A stretch of DNA of 64,000 nucleotides from a virus (taxonomy: Duplodnaviria > Caudoviricetes). The translations under genes and the position numbers were made by a program. Positions 55,467 through 64,000 of this stretch are shown here, in pieces. Under the pieces are notes generated by a model. It ran no database searches, had not been told where the DNA came from, and saw nothing but the letters and a program-made list of their open reading frames with translations. The DNA is taken from positions 64,001 through 128,000 of IMG/VR virus record IMGVR_UViG_3300027689_000001; one strand, written 5' to 3'. Numbering within the stretch: position 1 is the stretch's first letter; each line of letters begins with the position of its first letter.

Positions 55467-55675
55467 GCCCTATTCTTGCGATATATGTAAAAAAGATATA
55501 AGATTATCCATAGAGGCCACAGCGAAAGCGCAATCAAAAACGCTGCACCCAACACATAAAATGCTAAGACCAAAACCGCGATTAATCCAATAAATTCTAA
55601 CATAGACTTCTCCCGTAACCACTCTAACATAGACTTCTCCCGTAACCACTCTAACATAGACTTTCCTCCGAACAT
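55463..55675 (-). CDS. small membrane protein with tandem duplication
   Basis: KSMLEWLRE x2 followed by a long hydrophobic segment. Confidence 0.6.
   Translation of the reverse strand: MFGGKSMLEWLREKSMLEWLREKSMLEFIGLIAVLVLAFYVLGAAFLIALSLWPLWIILYLFYIYRKNRA
55596..55663. repeat. 27-bp tandem repeat, about 2.5 copies
   Basis: tctaacatagacttctcccgtaaccac x2 plus 14 nt. Confidence 0.95.
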
Positions 55676-57939
55676 TAGGCGACTGCCCGAATCATTTTGG
55701 TCAGCAGAACACGGTTTGCTTGCTTTCCGTTTTGCATTTTCTTGAATGCTTGGAAGATTTGCTTTGTATTCTCACTATCAACAGTCAGAGTGTCAGTACC
55801 GATCTGCAGGTTCTTGCCACCTGGAACGAGGAAGCGATTGTGGAACCCACCGTGGTTGTCGAGAGTGAACACACGATCCTTAACCCATTCTGTCTTCCAC
55901 TTGGTGTCGAAGTTAGAGTCATCACCGAGCATACGACGAGCAGTATGCTTTTCGCTATATCCCACGATGAAGAAGTTGATCACTCGCGAACCAGTCACCT
56001 GACCGTAGAGTTCGAGCAGTGCATTTGAGTAGGCAGAACGCATACCCTTATCACGGTCGTACTTTACCGTAACCGACTTACGAGTCTTTGCATCTTCAAT
56101 GGTCAGATTGCTATTACCGTAGTAGTTATGGGTATTGGTGCTGAAGTTATTGTCACCGTCGCCATCAGTCAGGAACACGGTGGACAAAACTTCTAGGCGA
56201 TGCTTCGAGCGGAACTGCTCAGCAATCGAACGAGCAACAATAACTGATTCCTCGAGAGGAGTCGAACCAAGACCGAAGTGATCAGGGTATCTGTAAGTGA
56301 CATTGTTATAGTTACCATACATACGACGATTATCATATGCATGACCAAGATGCAGTAACTCTTTTACAGCATTATTAAACTGTGCACTAGAGCAACTGCC
56401 ATCGAGGAACTGATATAAGAAGAAATTTGAATCAGCAATCTGGATATCATTCTTGTTTTCACCAGTGGTAATTTCACGATGTTCGCGATTGTATTCAGGG
56501 AATGCAGTTTTAGCAAACTGATTATTTATAAATCCATAAACTTCCATTGGGATGCGCACCTTGCGGCAGAACATCGCCAGCGTAACCATCTGCTCGATCG
56601 TACCTTTCATGTTCATGTCCATAGAACCAGACATGTCGAGGAACATAAGCATACCGTGGTTCTTACCGTTAGGCATAATCGTGTGACGAGCGAACAGATC
56701 TTCGCTGATCTTATGCGCCCACAAACGATCAGTGTCAAGACGACCAGTCTTAGCAACAGTCGCACGAGCAAACTCAGATGCCTTACGACGCATTTCGAAT
56801 TCTTGAACCATCAGGTTGATATATTTTTGGTTGTTTGCACGAAATTCATTGTAAACTTTAGTTGCATCAGGTTCAGATTCAACCATGTTGTAACCATCAC
56901 GAACAGTAATCTTGATGCTATCAATCACTCTTTTCATTGGAATAATATAGTCAGAAGGTTTTACCATCGTCAGGTTGCCATAGACATATGGACGCGACTT
57001 ATCATCGATCAGTTCGTCTTCACTATTGCGGAAGTTTTCGTCGGTCTCGGCGATAGGATTTTCGTTGTAATATGGTTCTTCTTGGAAACCTTTTGACCCA
57101 TCTGGGTTGCGCGAATCATAATCTTGATCGTCGCCATTTTCACCAGATTCATCATCATCAGTTTCAGAGGTGGTGCTTTCTTCTTCAGTTTCTTCCGACT
57201 GTCCACCAGATTGACCTTCGCCATCTTGTGTGTCATCGGTTTCTTCAGAATCACCATCAGACTCACCATCAGAGGTTTCGGTGGGAGCAGAGGAAAGAGA
57301 ATCCATGTCGAACTCATCACCCATCATGCCACCGAGTTGATCCATCAACTCATCAAAGGCAGTTTCTTCAGGAGTCTGTTCCGTCTTAGCAAGACCGTAG
57401 AGTTCGGTTGCCAGCGCCGATACATCATCCCAAGTTTCTAGAACGTCGATACGATGCAGGATTGCTTTCTCGTCTTCCGAGAACTGAATGTTCAGGAAAG
57501 CACCAACCTTGTAATAAAGGTTAACACGGTCAATGAAGCGAAGTGTATCGAGGTCGCGACCTTCAACGCCGAAGAAGTTACGCTCAAACAATTCCTTGTA
57601 ACCAGCGAAGAAATTCTTGCGGATACCAGGATACTTGTCCTTAACCTTGCGCTCGATACGAGCATCTTCAAGGATGTTCAGGAACGACTTGATGCCGTTG
57701 CCACCGTCGGTGATAGCATCATGCCATCCCTCGGCAGGAGTGTAGAGAGCATGACCGATTTCGTGACCGATAAGCAGGTCGTAGAGGTCAGCAGACATTT
57801 CCTTCCAGATAGGAAGGATCAACGCACGGTCTTGAAGGTTGAACGCTGCGGTTGCAACCTTCTGGTGCTCAATGCGGATATTCTCAGAAGCAAGGAGCTT
57901 AGCGAGAATGGACTTTTCAGAGTTAGAAACGGACATCAC
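55675..57939 (-). CDS. CobT-like protein: HExxH metallopeptidase-like domain, acidic linker, VWA domain
   Basis: HEIGH, LEDARIE, DMSGSM (MIDAS) and FLTDG motifs. Confidence 0.88.
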   Translation of the reverse strand: MMSVSNSEKSILAKLLASENIRIEHQKVATAAFNLQDRALILPIWKEMSADLYDLLIGHEIGHALYTPAEGWHDAITDGGNGIKSFLNILEDARIERKVKDKYPGIRKNFFAGYKELFERNFFGVEGRDLDTLRFIDRVNLYYKVGAFLNIQFSEDEKAILHRIDVLETWDDVSALATELYGLAKTEQTPEETAFDELMDQLGGMMGDEFDMDSLSSAPTETSDGESDGDSEETDDTQDGEGQSGGQSEETEEESTTSETDDDESGENGDDQDYDSRNPDGSKGFQEEPYYNENPIAETDENFRNSEDELIDDKSRPYVYGNLTMVKPSDYIIPMKRVIDSIKITVRDGYNMVESEPDATKVYNEFRANNQKYINLMVQEFEMRRKASEFARATVAKTGRLDTDRLWAHKISEDLFARHTIMPNGKNHGMLMFLDMSGSMDMNMKGTIEQMVTLAMFCRKVRIPMEVYGFINNQFAKTAFPEYNREHREITTGENKNDIQIADSNFFLYQFLDGSCSSAQFNNAVKELLHLGHAYDNRRMYGNYNNVTYRYPDHFGLGSTPLEESVIVARSIAEQFRSKHRLEVLSTVFLTDGDGDNNFSTNTHNYYGNSNLTIEDAKTRKSVTVKYDRDKGMRSAYSNALLELYGQVTGSRVINFFIVGYSEKHTARRMLGDDSNFDTKWKTEWVKDRVFTLDNHGGFHNRFLVPGGKNLQIGTDTLTVDSENTKQIFQAFKKMQNGKQANRVLLTKMIRAVA

Positions 57940-57965
57940 AAAACCTCATCATCAATTTATATTCC

Positions 57966-57994
57966 ATTCTACCCCAAAATGAGATAAAAGTCAA
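57966..57994 (-). promoter_or_regulatory. sigma70-type early promoter
   Basis: TTGACT-17 nt-TAGAAT. Confidence 0.9.
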
Positions 57995-58018
57995 CACTTA
58001 ATTTGAGATTCTTGAAAA

Positions 58019-58366
58019 TTAATAACAGGTCGTAACTTTAGTATAGTGCACGACTTCACCTCGGCGATTATACAGCGGTTGATATTCTTCGTAGCAGGTA
58101 CGCTCTTGCTGACGACGATAGTGATAGTCATATTCGCGGTCATAGACTTCGCGGTCAACAGGTTGTTTACGACTAGCAGCAGCGCCAAGAATGAATGCGC
58201 CTACACCGATGGCGATTGCCTCACCAGTGCTAATGCGCGAACGTTTATGCTGGCGGTCATCCCTGCGTTGTTCCCAACCATTTCCATCGCGGTTGCGTGC
58301 CTCAGCAGCAACAGGAACAAACGCAACACTCAGAGCAACCAAACTTACAACAACAGACTTAATCAT
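58019..58366 (-). CDS. secreted/membrane protein with glycine-zipper-like segment
   Basis: Signal peptide ending AEA; GEAIAIGVGAFILGAA. Confidence 0.75.
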   Translation of the reverse strand: MIKSVVVSLVALSVAFVPVAAEARNRDGNGWEQRRDDRQHKRSRISTGEAIAIGVGAFILGAAASRKQPVDREVYDREYDYHYRRQQERTCYEEYQPLYNRRGEVVHYTKVTTCY

Positions 58367-58397
58367 TTTGAATTACCTTTCTTATTGTTACCATTGA

Positions 58398-58556
58398 TTA
58401 CCATTCGTTGATAATCTTAATTCCTTTATTCCGATAATGCTGCCTCCAGTAGAAGCATTCATCCATCATAGCATTTCCGCTGTGACCTTTGTATTCAATC
58501 TTACGAAGAACCCTGTTGGTTTTAGCATTGCGAATGGTAAGAGTATAATTAAGCAT
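58398..58556 (-). CDS. early hypothetical protein (52 aa)
   Basis: Not in the track: MLNYTLTIRNAKT...; AAGGA RBS and own promoter. Confidence 0.75.
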   Translation of the reverse strand: MLNYTLTIRNAKTNRVLRKIEYKGHSGNAMMDECFYWRQHYRNKGIKIINEW

Positions 58557-58581
58557 ATTCAGTTTCCTTTCTTATTATTCC

Positions 58582-58610
58582 ATTCTACCCCAAAACGTAC
58601 CAGAAGTCAA
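58582..58610 (-). promoter_or_regulatory. sigma70-type early promoter
   Basis: TTGACT-17 nt-TAGAAT. Confidence 0.9.
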
Positions 58611-58614
58611 GCCC

Positions 58615-59229
58615 TTATTTACGATATCTTGTCATCGTTCCATCATGATGTGCAAGGTATGCTTCAAAATCAATATCAGGATATTCAGTCTTTAAACCTA
58701 GTAGCATATCTAGATTTGAGATTGCATCATCGAACAGACGGACACGAGCGTATTTACCCGTTTCGAGATACTGTTTGATAACGATTTTCTTACCCGCAGC
58801 AGAGTTGGGTGCATCGAGATTACCCGAACGATGAACGTGCACATCATCAATGTCAATTCCCTGTTGACGGAAAGTGTCTAGGAAAGTTTCGCGGTCATCG
58901 AAGTCTGAGCGAGCAGTGATGATAATCATCTTACTACCAACACGATTCTTAATGTTTTTGTGGATTGCTTTCGCCTTCGCGATTGCTCGAGCGATAGGCT
59001 CTGAGGTGTCGCGGAAATGTTTCGCGTCTTTGAATTCAACGAAGTCGTAGGTCTCTCCAGGTTTCCGAGTGTATGTATTATACTCAGTGTTGGAAAGTTT
59101 CTTTACCAGTTTGCCGTCTTTGACGACATGGATTTGCGCTTTAGTGTTAAAGAGGGTCTCGTCAATATCCCAAATGGTCAGACCAGCACCCTCTTTAGAC
59201 TCAGCGATATAATCTTTAAAATTTATCAT
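58615..59229 (-). CDS. HAD-family phosphatase with capsid-targeting-like N-terminus
   Basis: MINFKDYIAE; DIDET (DxDxT), ITAR, K and FDD motifs. Confidence 0.85.
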   Translation of the reverse strand: MINFKDYIAESKEGAGLTIWDIDETLFNTKAQIHVVKDGKLVKKLSNTEYNTYTRKPGETYDFVEFKDAKHFRDTSEPIARAIAKAKAIHKNIKNRVGSKMIIITARSDFDDRETFLDTFRQQGIDIDDVHVHRSGNLDAPNSAAGKKIVIKQYLETGKYARVRLFDDAISNLDMLLGLKTEYPDIDFEAYLAHHDGTMTRYRK

Positions 59230-59235
59230 ACAAAC

Positions 59236-59275
59236 AGTATACCTGATTTTTTTAGAAAAGTCAAGCCTATTTATG
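59236..59275 (-). promoter_or_regulatory. tandem late-like and sigma70 promoters
   Basis: CATAAATA (59268-59275), then TTGACT-17 nt-TATACT (59264-59236). Confidence 0.75.
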
Positions 59276-59861
59276 TTGTAGAAGATGTCTTTTTTCTAGT
59301 TTTTTTCTCAGGAGTTTCTTGACTTTTGATTCGGTGTGCTAGACGTTTAGCAACCTCTTCAGCATCCAACCAGATGTCCTTGTTATCCAGCATCGACTTA
59401 ATCTCTGCTTCGGTTAAGAAATCTTTATAGAAAGAGGCAAATAACTTCTCAGACCATGCGCGAAAGTGCGTAATCTGGTCATACATTTCGCCACCCTTAC
59501 CAATTGTTCCACTCGAGTAATTGTGGAACATAAACATGGTATGGTCAGAAAGTTCAAACTGATCCGCAGTCAGGAAGATAAGAGTGGCAGCACTCATACA
59601 AATTCCTTCTACTGAACAGATAATCGTAGCAGAGGATTCTTGAATCGCACGAACCAACTGCAGAGCGGAGAACAGATCTCCACCTTCGCTGTTAATGCGG
59701 ATATAAACGATATCGGTTTCACCAACTGAACGAAGAATTTGAAACCATTCAATATATTCTTCCGCCTCTTTAATCTCACCGCAAAGGTAAAAATTAAAAA
59801 TCTTTGCAGCAGGTTCAGCAAAAAACTTTTGTTTATGAGCGAAGGTGTCAGAGTCGTTCAT
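59271..59861 (-). CDS. clpP: ClpP-like serine protease
   Basis: INSEGG, CMSAAT, MFH and WLDAEE motifs. Confidence 0.88.
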   Translation of the reverse strand: MNDSDTFAHKQKFFAEPAAKIFNFYLCGEIKEAEEYIEWFQILRSVGETDIVYIRINSEGGDLFSALQLVRAIQESSATIICSVEGICMSAATLIFLTADQFELSDHTMFMFHNYSSGTIGKGGEMYDQITHFRAWSEKLFASFYKDFLTEAEIKSMLDNKDIWLDAEEVAKRLAHRIKSQETPEKKTRKKTSSTT

Positions 59862-60216
59862 AATATCTCGTGATCGCTGTGATCTTATCAATTTGTGTGT
59901 CAATTGTTTTGGTCCTTGTTACTCCTGGCCAATGTATGTAATCGCGCTCAGGATTTTTCTTTAAATTATAAAGTAGAGGCAAGATCATATCCTCGACTTC
60001 TCTCAACTTTGATGAAACTTCTTGTTGTAGTAGCGCCTTATGTTCAGCAACAATTCCAGTTGCATCTGTACCCGCGAGTTTAGCAGAGAGTTCTGACAGT
60101 TTTGCCATAATCTCATCTTGTCCAGCAGTATCAACAGATGCTGGTTGTTGAACATGAATTACGGTTTCGGTTGGATCTTCAAACGTGAATCCAAAATCAT
60201 ACGTTTTGTCGGACAT
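59848..60216 (-). CDS. hypothetical protein
   Basis: YDFGFT...ILPLL.NL.KNP...YI.WP motif. Confidence 0.75.
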   Translation of the reverse strand: MSDKTYDFGFTFEDPTETVIHVQQPASVDTAGQDEIMAKLSELSAKLAGTDATGIVAEHKALLQQEVSSKLREVEDMILPLLYNLKKNPERDYIHWPGVTRTKTIDTQIDKITAITRYYERL

Positions 60217-60712
60217 TTTTCTGAATATACCTTTTTGCTCGTTTTTCTAGAGATTTGATTGCCATTTCACGCTTTAGTTTTGATGCTCTATCCAAAAAAT
60301 TCATACCAATCATATGGTCGTATTCATGGAGAGCGATTCTTGCCTCTAGACCAGCAAGTTGCTCAACAACATACTCACCTTGAATATTACGATACGAAAT
60401 TGTAACTTCCTCTGGTCGGCGAATGTTCACCCACATACCTGGAAGACTCAGACAACCCTCAGTGGCAGTATTCTTTTTGTCAGAAAGAGAGACAATAGTT
60501 GGATTGAACAGATTCTTTCTGTTTGTTTCGTCAGTTCCCATAACAAAAACTTTTGCGTCTATACCAACTTGGTTAGCAGATAGACCAAGTCCCTTCAGTT
60601 CTCGGCACTTCGCCCACAGAGCATCAGCAAGTTCCTGTGCATTCTGTTTTTCAAAATCAAATTCAACGGGAATCTCTCTTAACAGAGGATCACTAATTTT
60701 CAACAGTTCCAT
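60197..60712 (-). CDS. def: peptide deformylase
   Basis: GLGLSANQVG, EGCLS and HEYDH motifs. Confidence 0.96.
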   Translation of the reverse strand: MELLKISDPLLREIPVEFDFEKQNAQELADALWAKCRELKGLGLSANQVGIDAKVFVMGTDETNRKNLFNPTIVSLSDKKNTATEGCLSLPGMWVNIRRPEEVTISYRNIQGEYVVEQLAGLEARIALHEYDHMIGMNFLDRASKLKREMAIKSLEKRAKRYIQKNVRQNV

Positions 60713-61563
60713 TATGCTACTTTCGCTACTTTTTTAGATTTAATTTCTTGCGCAGACATCTGTCTGTGTGGTTCATTTATACCTTCGATACCGTATCCCT
60801 TGCAAAATCTACAAACATCCATACTAATGATTTTACTTTTCTCGCGAGAGGTATATGTTTCTACAAAGTTCTCATCAATATTTATACCATCAGTTTCAAG
60901 TAAATCATAAGGAAGGGGAACTCCTATGCTATTGTAATACCTATTTTTATGAAGTGAGTGTGAACATCTATAGTATTTACCATCTTTAAACGTATGACAC
61001 CAGTGATGCATATCGCATGCTGAATAAACTTTTTGTGATTCTTCAGGAGACTGTTCAGTATATTGATCTAATACTCTAAATTCTTTGTTTCTATCAGGAT
61101 TATTTGTTGGAACTTTAGTTGCTATCTTAGCAATGTTTAATGCACCAGTATCAGTTACAATCATGTAACGATATTCATTACTGTCTAAGAAATTCAGTAT
61201 CTTGTCATAGTTAATTTTTGTATTTTCATAGATACTAAGATGTATAATGTCACAATATTCCCAAAATTCTTTCGGTTGTGAAATCAAATTAATGCCGTTT
61301 GTCGCAACTGCTGTTTTATCTGCAATAAAAGTTTGTTTAATATATTTTAAATATTTAATAATTTCTGGATTTAAAGTAGGTTCTCCACCAATGATGCGAA
61401 AAACACCAGCATGAACATACTTAGAAAGTTGTTCTACATCTTTAACAAAACTATCATAATCACTAAACCATTCGTCAATAAATGGTGATCCAACCGAACA
61501 GTTTGCACATTTAAGATTACAATGTAACGTTACATAATATTCTATGTATGGGCGGTTAATCAT
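60712..61563 (-). CDS. radical SAM protein
   Basis: CNLKCANC, GGEPTL, TNG and C-terminal CRFC. Confidence 0.9.
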   Translation of the reverse strand: MINRPYIEYYVTLHCNLKCANCSVGSPFIDEWFSDYDSFVKDVEQLSKYVHAGVFRIIGGEPTLNPEIIKYLKYIKQTFIADKTAVATNGINLISQPKEFWEYCDIIHLSIYENTKINYDKILNFLDSNEYRYMIVTDTGALNIAKIATKVPTNNPDRNKEFRVLDQYTEQSPEESQKVYSACDMHHWCHTFKDGKYYRCSHSLHKNRYYNSIGVPLPYDLLETDGINIDENFVETYTSREKSKIISMDVCRFCKGYGIEGINEPHRQMSAQEIKSKKVAKVA

Positions 61564-63275
61564 GTTACCATTTCACTATAATTGTTTTTCTTCTCGAACT
61601 TAATCAAACTGCGGAACTTATCGAACAGTTGGTCGCCTTTGTGACTAATAACAAACGTATTCGTTTCTTCACCAAGAGTATCTAGTAATGCCATAACGTA
61701 ATCAGTTCCATTGTTATCTAGAGAACTATCAAACACTTCGTCAAGAATCAGCAGGTTAGTCGCAACGCTGTTCTTCATCTTTGCGATTGTGCGCCAAGTA
61801 AACAGCAGCGCCAGATCAATTCTCTGCTTCTCACCTTCACTGAACGATGCATAACTAAAGTCATCACGGTGACGAGACTTAATCGTTTCGTCAAACTTTT
61901 CATCTAGATTAAACTGAACAAAGAAGTCCATTGCAGTTAGATATTTATTCACCAATTTATTGATAACTGGAAGATATTGCCGAATAATTTTAGTCTTAAT
62001 ACCAGTGTCCTTGAGAAGCGTCGACACAGCGTCCATGTAATGCTTTTCTTCATTCAGGGTTGCCTTTTCGGAATTCTGAGCAAGAACATCCTTGGCGAAT
62101 GCCTTTAGTTTATCTTTCTCACCATCAATGTCTGCAGTCTTAGTAGTGATATCATTCAGTTCCAAATTGAGTGCCTGAATCAATCTCTGTTGAACAATAA
62201 TCTCATTGTTATGAGTGATAATCTCTGTATTCAACCCAGAAATTTGTTCGGAGAGAGTCTCATTTTCCGTGATAAGTTCTCCAAGTTTCGTAAATTCTTC
62301 CTGGAGTTTCTCCATTCCTGAAGAGAGTTCTTGGATTTTCTCTTGTCTGGATGATACGATGGTTTCTTTATGATCGTGAGCAATGCCTTGCTGACACGTC
62401 GGACACTCGTCTGTCTCATTATAGAACGAAACCTCTTTTTTGAGATCTCGGAGTTGGGTGGAAAATTTGGTTTTGAAAGAATCGAGTTTCTTTTGTTTTG
62501 TAGCGAGGTCTCCAAGTGCTGCCTTGGCATCTTCATGCGCAACCTTTTCGCCGAAGAGCGTAGTAACAAGACTCTGGAAGTTCGCGATGGCAAGTTCGCC
62601 ATCGTCAATACGAGACTGAATTTCATCTGATCGTTTCTCCTTATTTGTCTCGAGAGTGTCAACATATTCTTTCTGTAGAGTTGCCTTTTGCTTTAGAACC
62701 TCGAGGCGACTATCTGCGGCAGTCAACTTATCCTTAATCTCAATGATTTTGTCTTTCAAGACACTATTCATCGTAGTAAAGATCTGAATGTCAAGAATGT
62801 CTTCAATGATTTCACGACGAGTAAACGCAGGAAGTTGCATGAATGGAGTAAAGGATGCGCTTCCTAGAATAACAATCTGTGTGAACGACTTATAATTCAT
62901 CTTAAGAATTGATTCTTCGAGATACTTCTGGTAGTCACGAGCAGCAGCGTCTTGATTAATAAGTTCGCCATCTACATAAATCTCAAAGATATTCGGACGA
63001 ATACCACGCACAATCTTATATAACTTACGACCAGTTTGGAATTCAATTTCGACCAGCAAGTTCTTCTTGTTGATGGAGTTGATCAACTGTGGTTTGTTGA
63101 TGTTGCGAAATGGTTTATTGAAGAGAGCAAAGCAAAGTGCATCGAGCATAGTCGATTTACCACCACCATTTTCTCCTACGATCAGAGTGCTAGGTGACCG
63201 ATCCAATTTAATTTCTGTAAACTGGTTGCCCGTCGACAGCATATTTTTCCATCGAATAGTATTAAAATTAATCAT
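61560..63275 (-). CDS. gp46: recombination endonuclease ATPase subunit (Rad50/SbcC-like)
   Basis: GENGGGKS, CPTC hook, FSEGE and LDEVFD motifs. Confidence 0.97.
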   Translation of the reverse strand: MINFNTIRWKNMLSTGNQFTEIKLDRSPSTLIVGENGGGKSTMLDALCFALFNKPFRNINKPQLINSINKKNLLVEIEFQTGRKLYKIVRGIRPNIFEIYVDGELINQDAAARDYQKYLEESILKMNYKSFTQIVILGSASFTPFMQLPAFTRREIIEDILDIQIFTTMNSVLKDKIIEIKDKLTAADSRLEVLKQKATLQKEYVDTLETNKEKRSDEIQSRIDDGELAIANFQSLVTTLFGEKVAHEDAKAALGDLATKQKKLDSFKTKFSTQLRDLKKEVSFYNETDECPTCQQGIAHDHKETIVSSRQEKIQELSSGMEKLQEEFTKLGELITENETLSEQISGLNTEIITHNNEIIVQQRLIQALNLELNDITTKTADIDGEKDKLKAFAKDVLAQNSEKATLNEEKHYMDAVSTLLKDTGIKTKIIRQYLPVINKLVNKYLTAMDFFVQFNLDEKFDETIKSRHRDDFSYASFSEGEKQRIDLALLFTWRTIAKMKNSVATNLLILDEVFDSSLDNNGTDYVMALLDTLGEETNTFVISHKGDQLFDKFRSLIKFEKKNNYSEMVT

Positions 63276-64000
63276 ACAGTAACGTTCTGTGCCTCAACAT
63301 AGAGAGTTTGTAGAATAGATTTGATTCTAGTCTTTTCTAGATCGGTAGAAATAGTATCGACGAAATCAGATAGAACAGTCATAGTATCCTCGACATTAAA
63401 TTCTTCTTCACCCATTGCTTCGGTTTCAAACTCGGAGAAGTCTTCAATAATCTTTAGTTCGAGAAGATTACAGTCATAGAGTTTATCTACGAACCGATCA
63501 AACTTATAGAAGTCAGTTTTCTTAACAACAACTAATCGAACACAACACCCAACAAGTGCACTAACATCAAGCAAACTAGGATCGTCAGTAGTGTCGTCAT
63601 AATAGATTTTATGGAAGATCCGATTGGGGTTCTCAAAGAATTCTACCTCGTTAGTTTCCGTGTCATATAGGTGATACCCTCTAGGGTCATTATAATCAGA
63701 CCAAGTAAACTCATAGGTATTACCAAGATACAGAATGTTACCAGTCCGACTGCGATGGTGAAAATGACCAGAACAAACGAGAGGAAATCTATCAAAATGT
63801 TTTGTATCCATTCCATGGTCATTCGTATGCCCACGATACATTTGGAAACCTGCAAATTCAAAGTGTCCAAATACGGCTTGTGCAGGTGAGGCATTAACAA
63901 TCTCCATAGTCTGATCATAGTTACCCGAACAAATCCAAGGAACTAGTAGTAGGTTTTTACCATCAACGATAATATTTTCTGTTTCAGAATAGGTAATTAC
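63272..64000 (-). CDS. gp47: recombination endonuclease nuclease subunit (Mre11/SbcD-like), partial
   Basis: Frame open to the window end; LVPWI, GHFE, SGHFH and YLG motifs. Confidence 0.95.
   Translation of the reverse strand, partial: VITYSETENIIVDGKNLLLVPWICSGNYDQTMEIVNASPAQAVFGHFEFAGFQMYRGHTNDHGMDTKHFDRFPLVCSGHFHHRSRTGNILYLGNTYEFTWSDYNDPRGYHLYDTETNEVEFFENPNRIFHKIYYDDTTDDPSLLDVSALVGCCVRLVVVKKTDFYKFDRFVDKLYDCNLLELKIIEDFSEFETEAMGEEEFNVEDTMTVLSDFVDTISTDLEKTRIKSILQTLYVEAQNVTV

Noticed and set aside
55596-55663. Mini CRISPR array
   Set aside because: The repeats are directly adjacent with no spacers, lie in frame in a CDS, and there are no cas genes.

Overview
This is 64 kb of a T4-like myophage genome, with essentially every gene on the minus strand. 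A Gram-negative host is implied by the spanins; an alphaproteobacterial host is a weaker inference from a ROSE-like thermometer, a Coq4-like gene and a host-like secreted protein. The window holds the replication core (gp47 partial, gp46, gp45, gp44, gp62, regA, gp43, uvsX, gp41, gp61, RNase H), nucleotide metabolism (nrdA, nrdB, glutaredoxin, thyX, a MazG-like gene) and 7 tRNAs. It also holds lysis genes, head/virion genes, auxiliary genes (hsp20, peroxiredoxin, dps, def, clpP, speD, LpxH-like, 2OG-Fe(II) oxygenases) and a six-gene modification-enzyme cluster. Regulation is legible: 14 sigma70-type promoters (TTGACT/TTTACT-17 bp-TATACT/TAGAAT-like) and T4 late promoters (TATAAATA/AATAAATA). 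The best candidate for an undescribed system is a late operon at 38.4-40.9 kb. It encodes three different nucleotidyltransferase folds (RNA-ligase-like, Pol-beta-type, HIGH-type) in two very His-rich proteins that start with T4-type capsid-targeting sequences, preceded by a structured RNA. A HAD phosphatase with the same targeting signal and two putative prohead-protease-cleaved polyproteins lie elsewhere in the window. Together these may form an injected RNA/nucleotide repair or counter-defence payload. All family calls come from motif recognition by eye; no searches were run.
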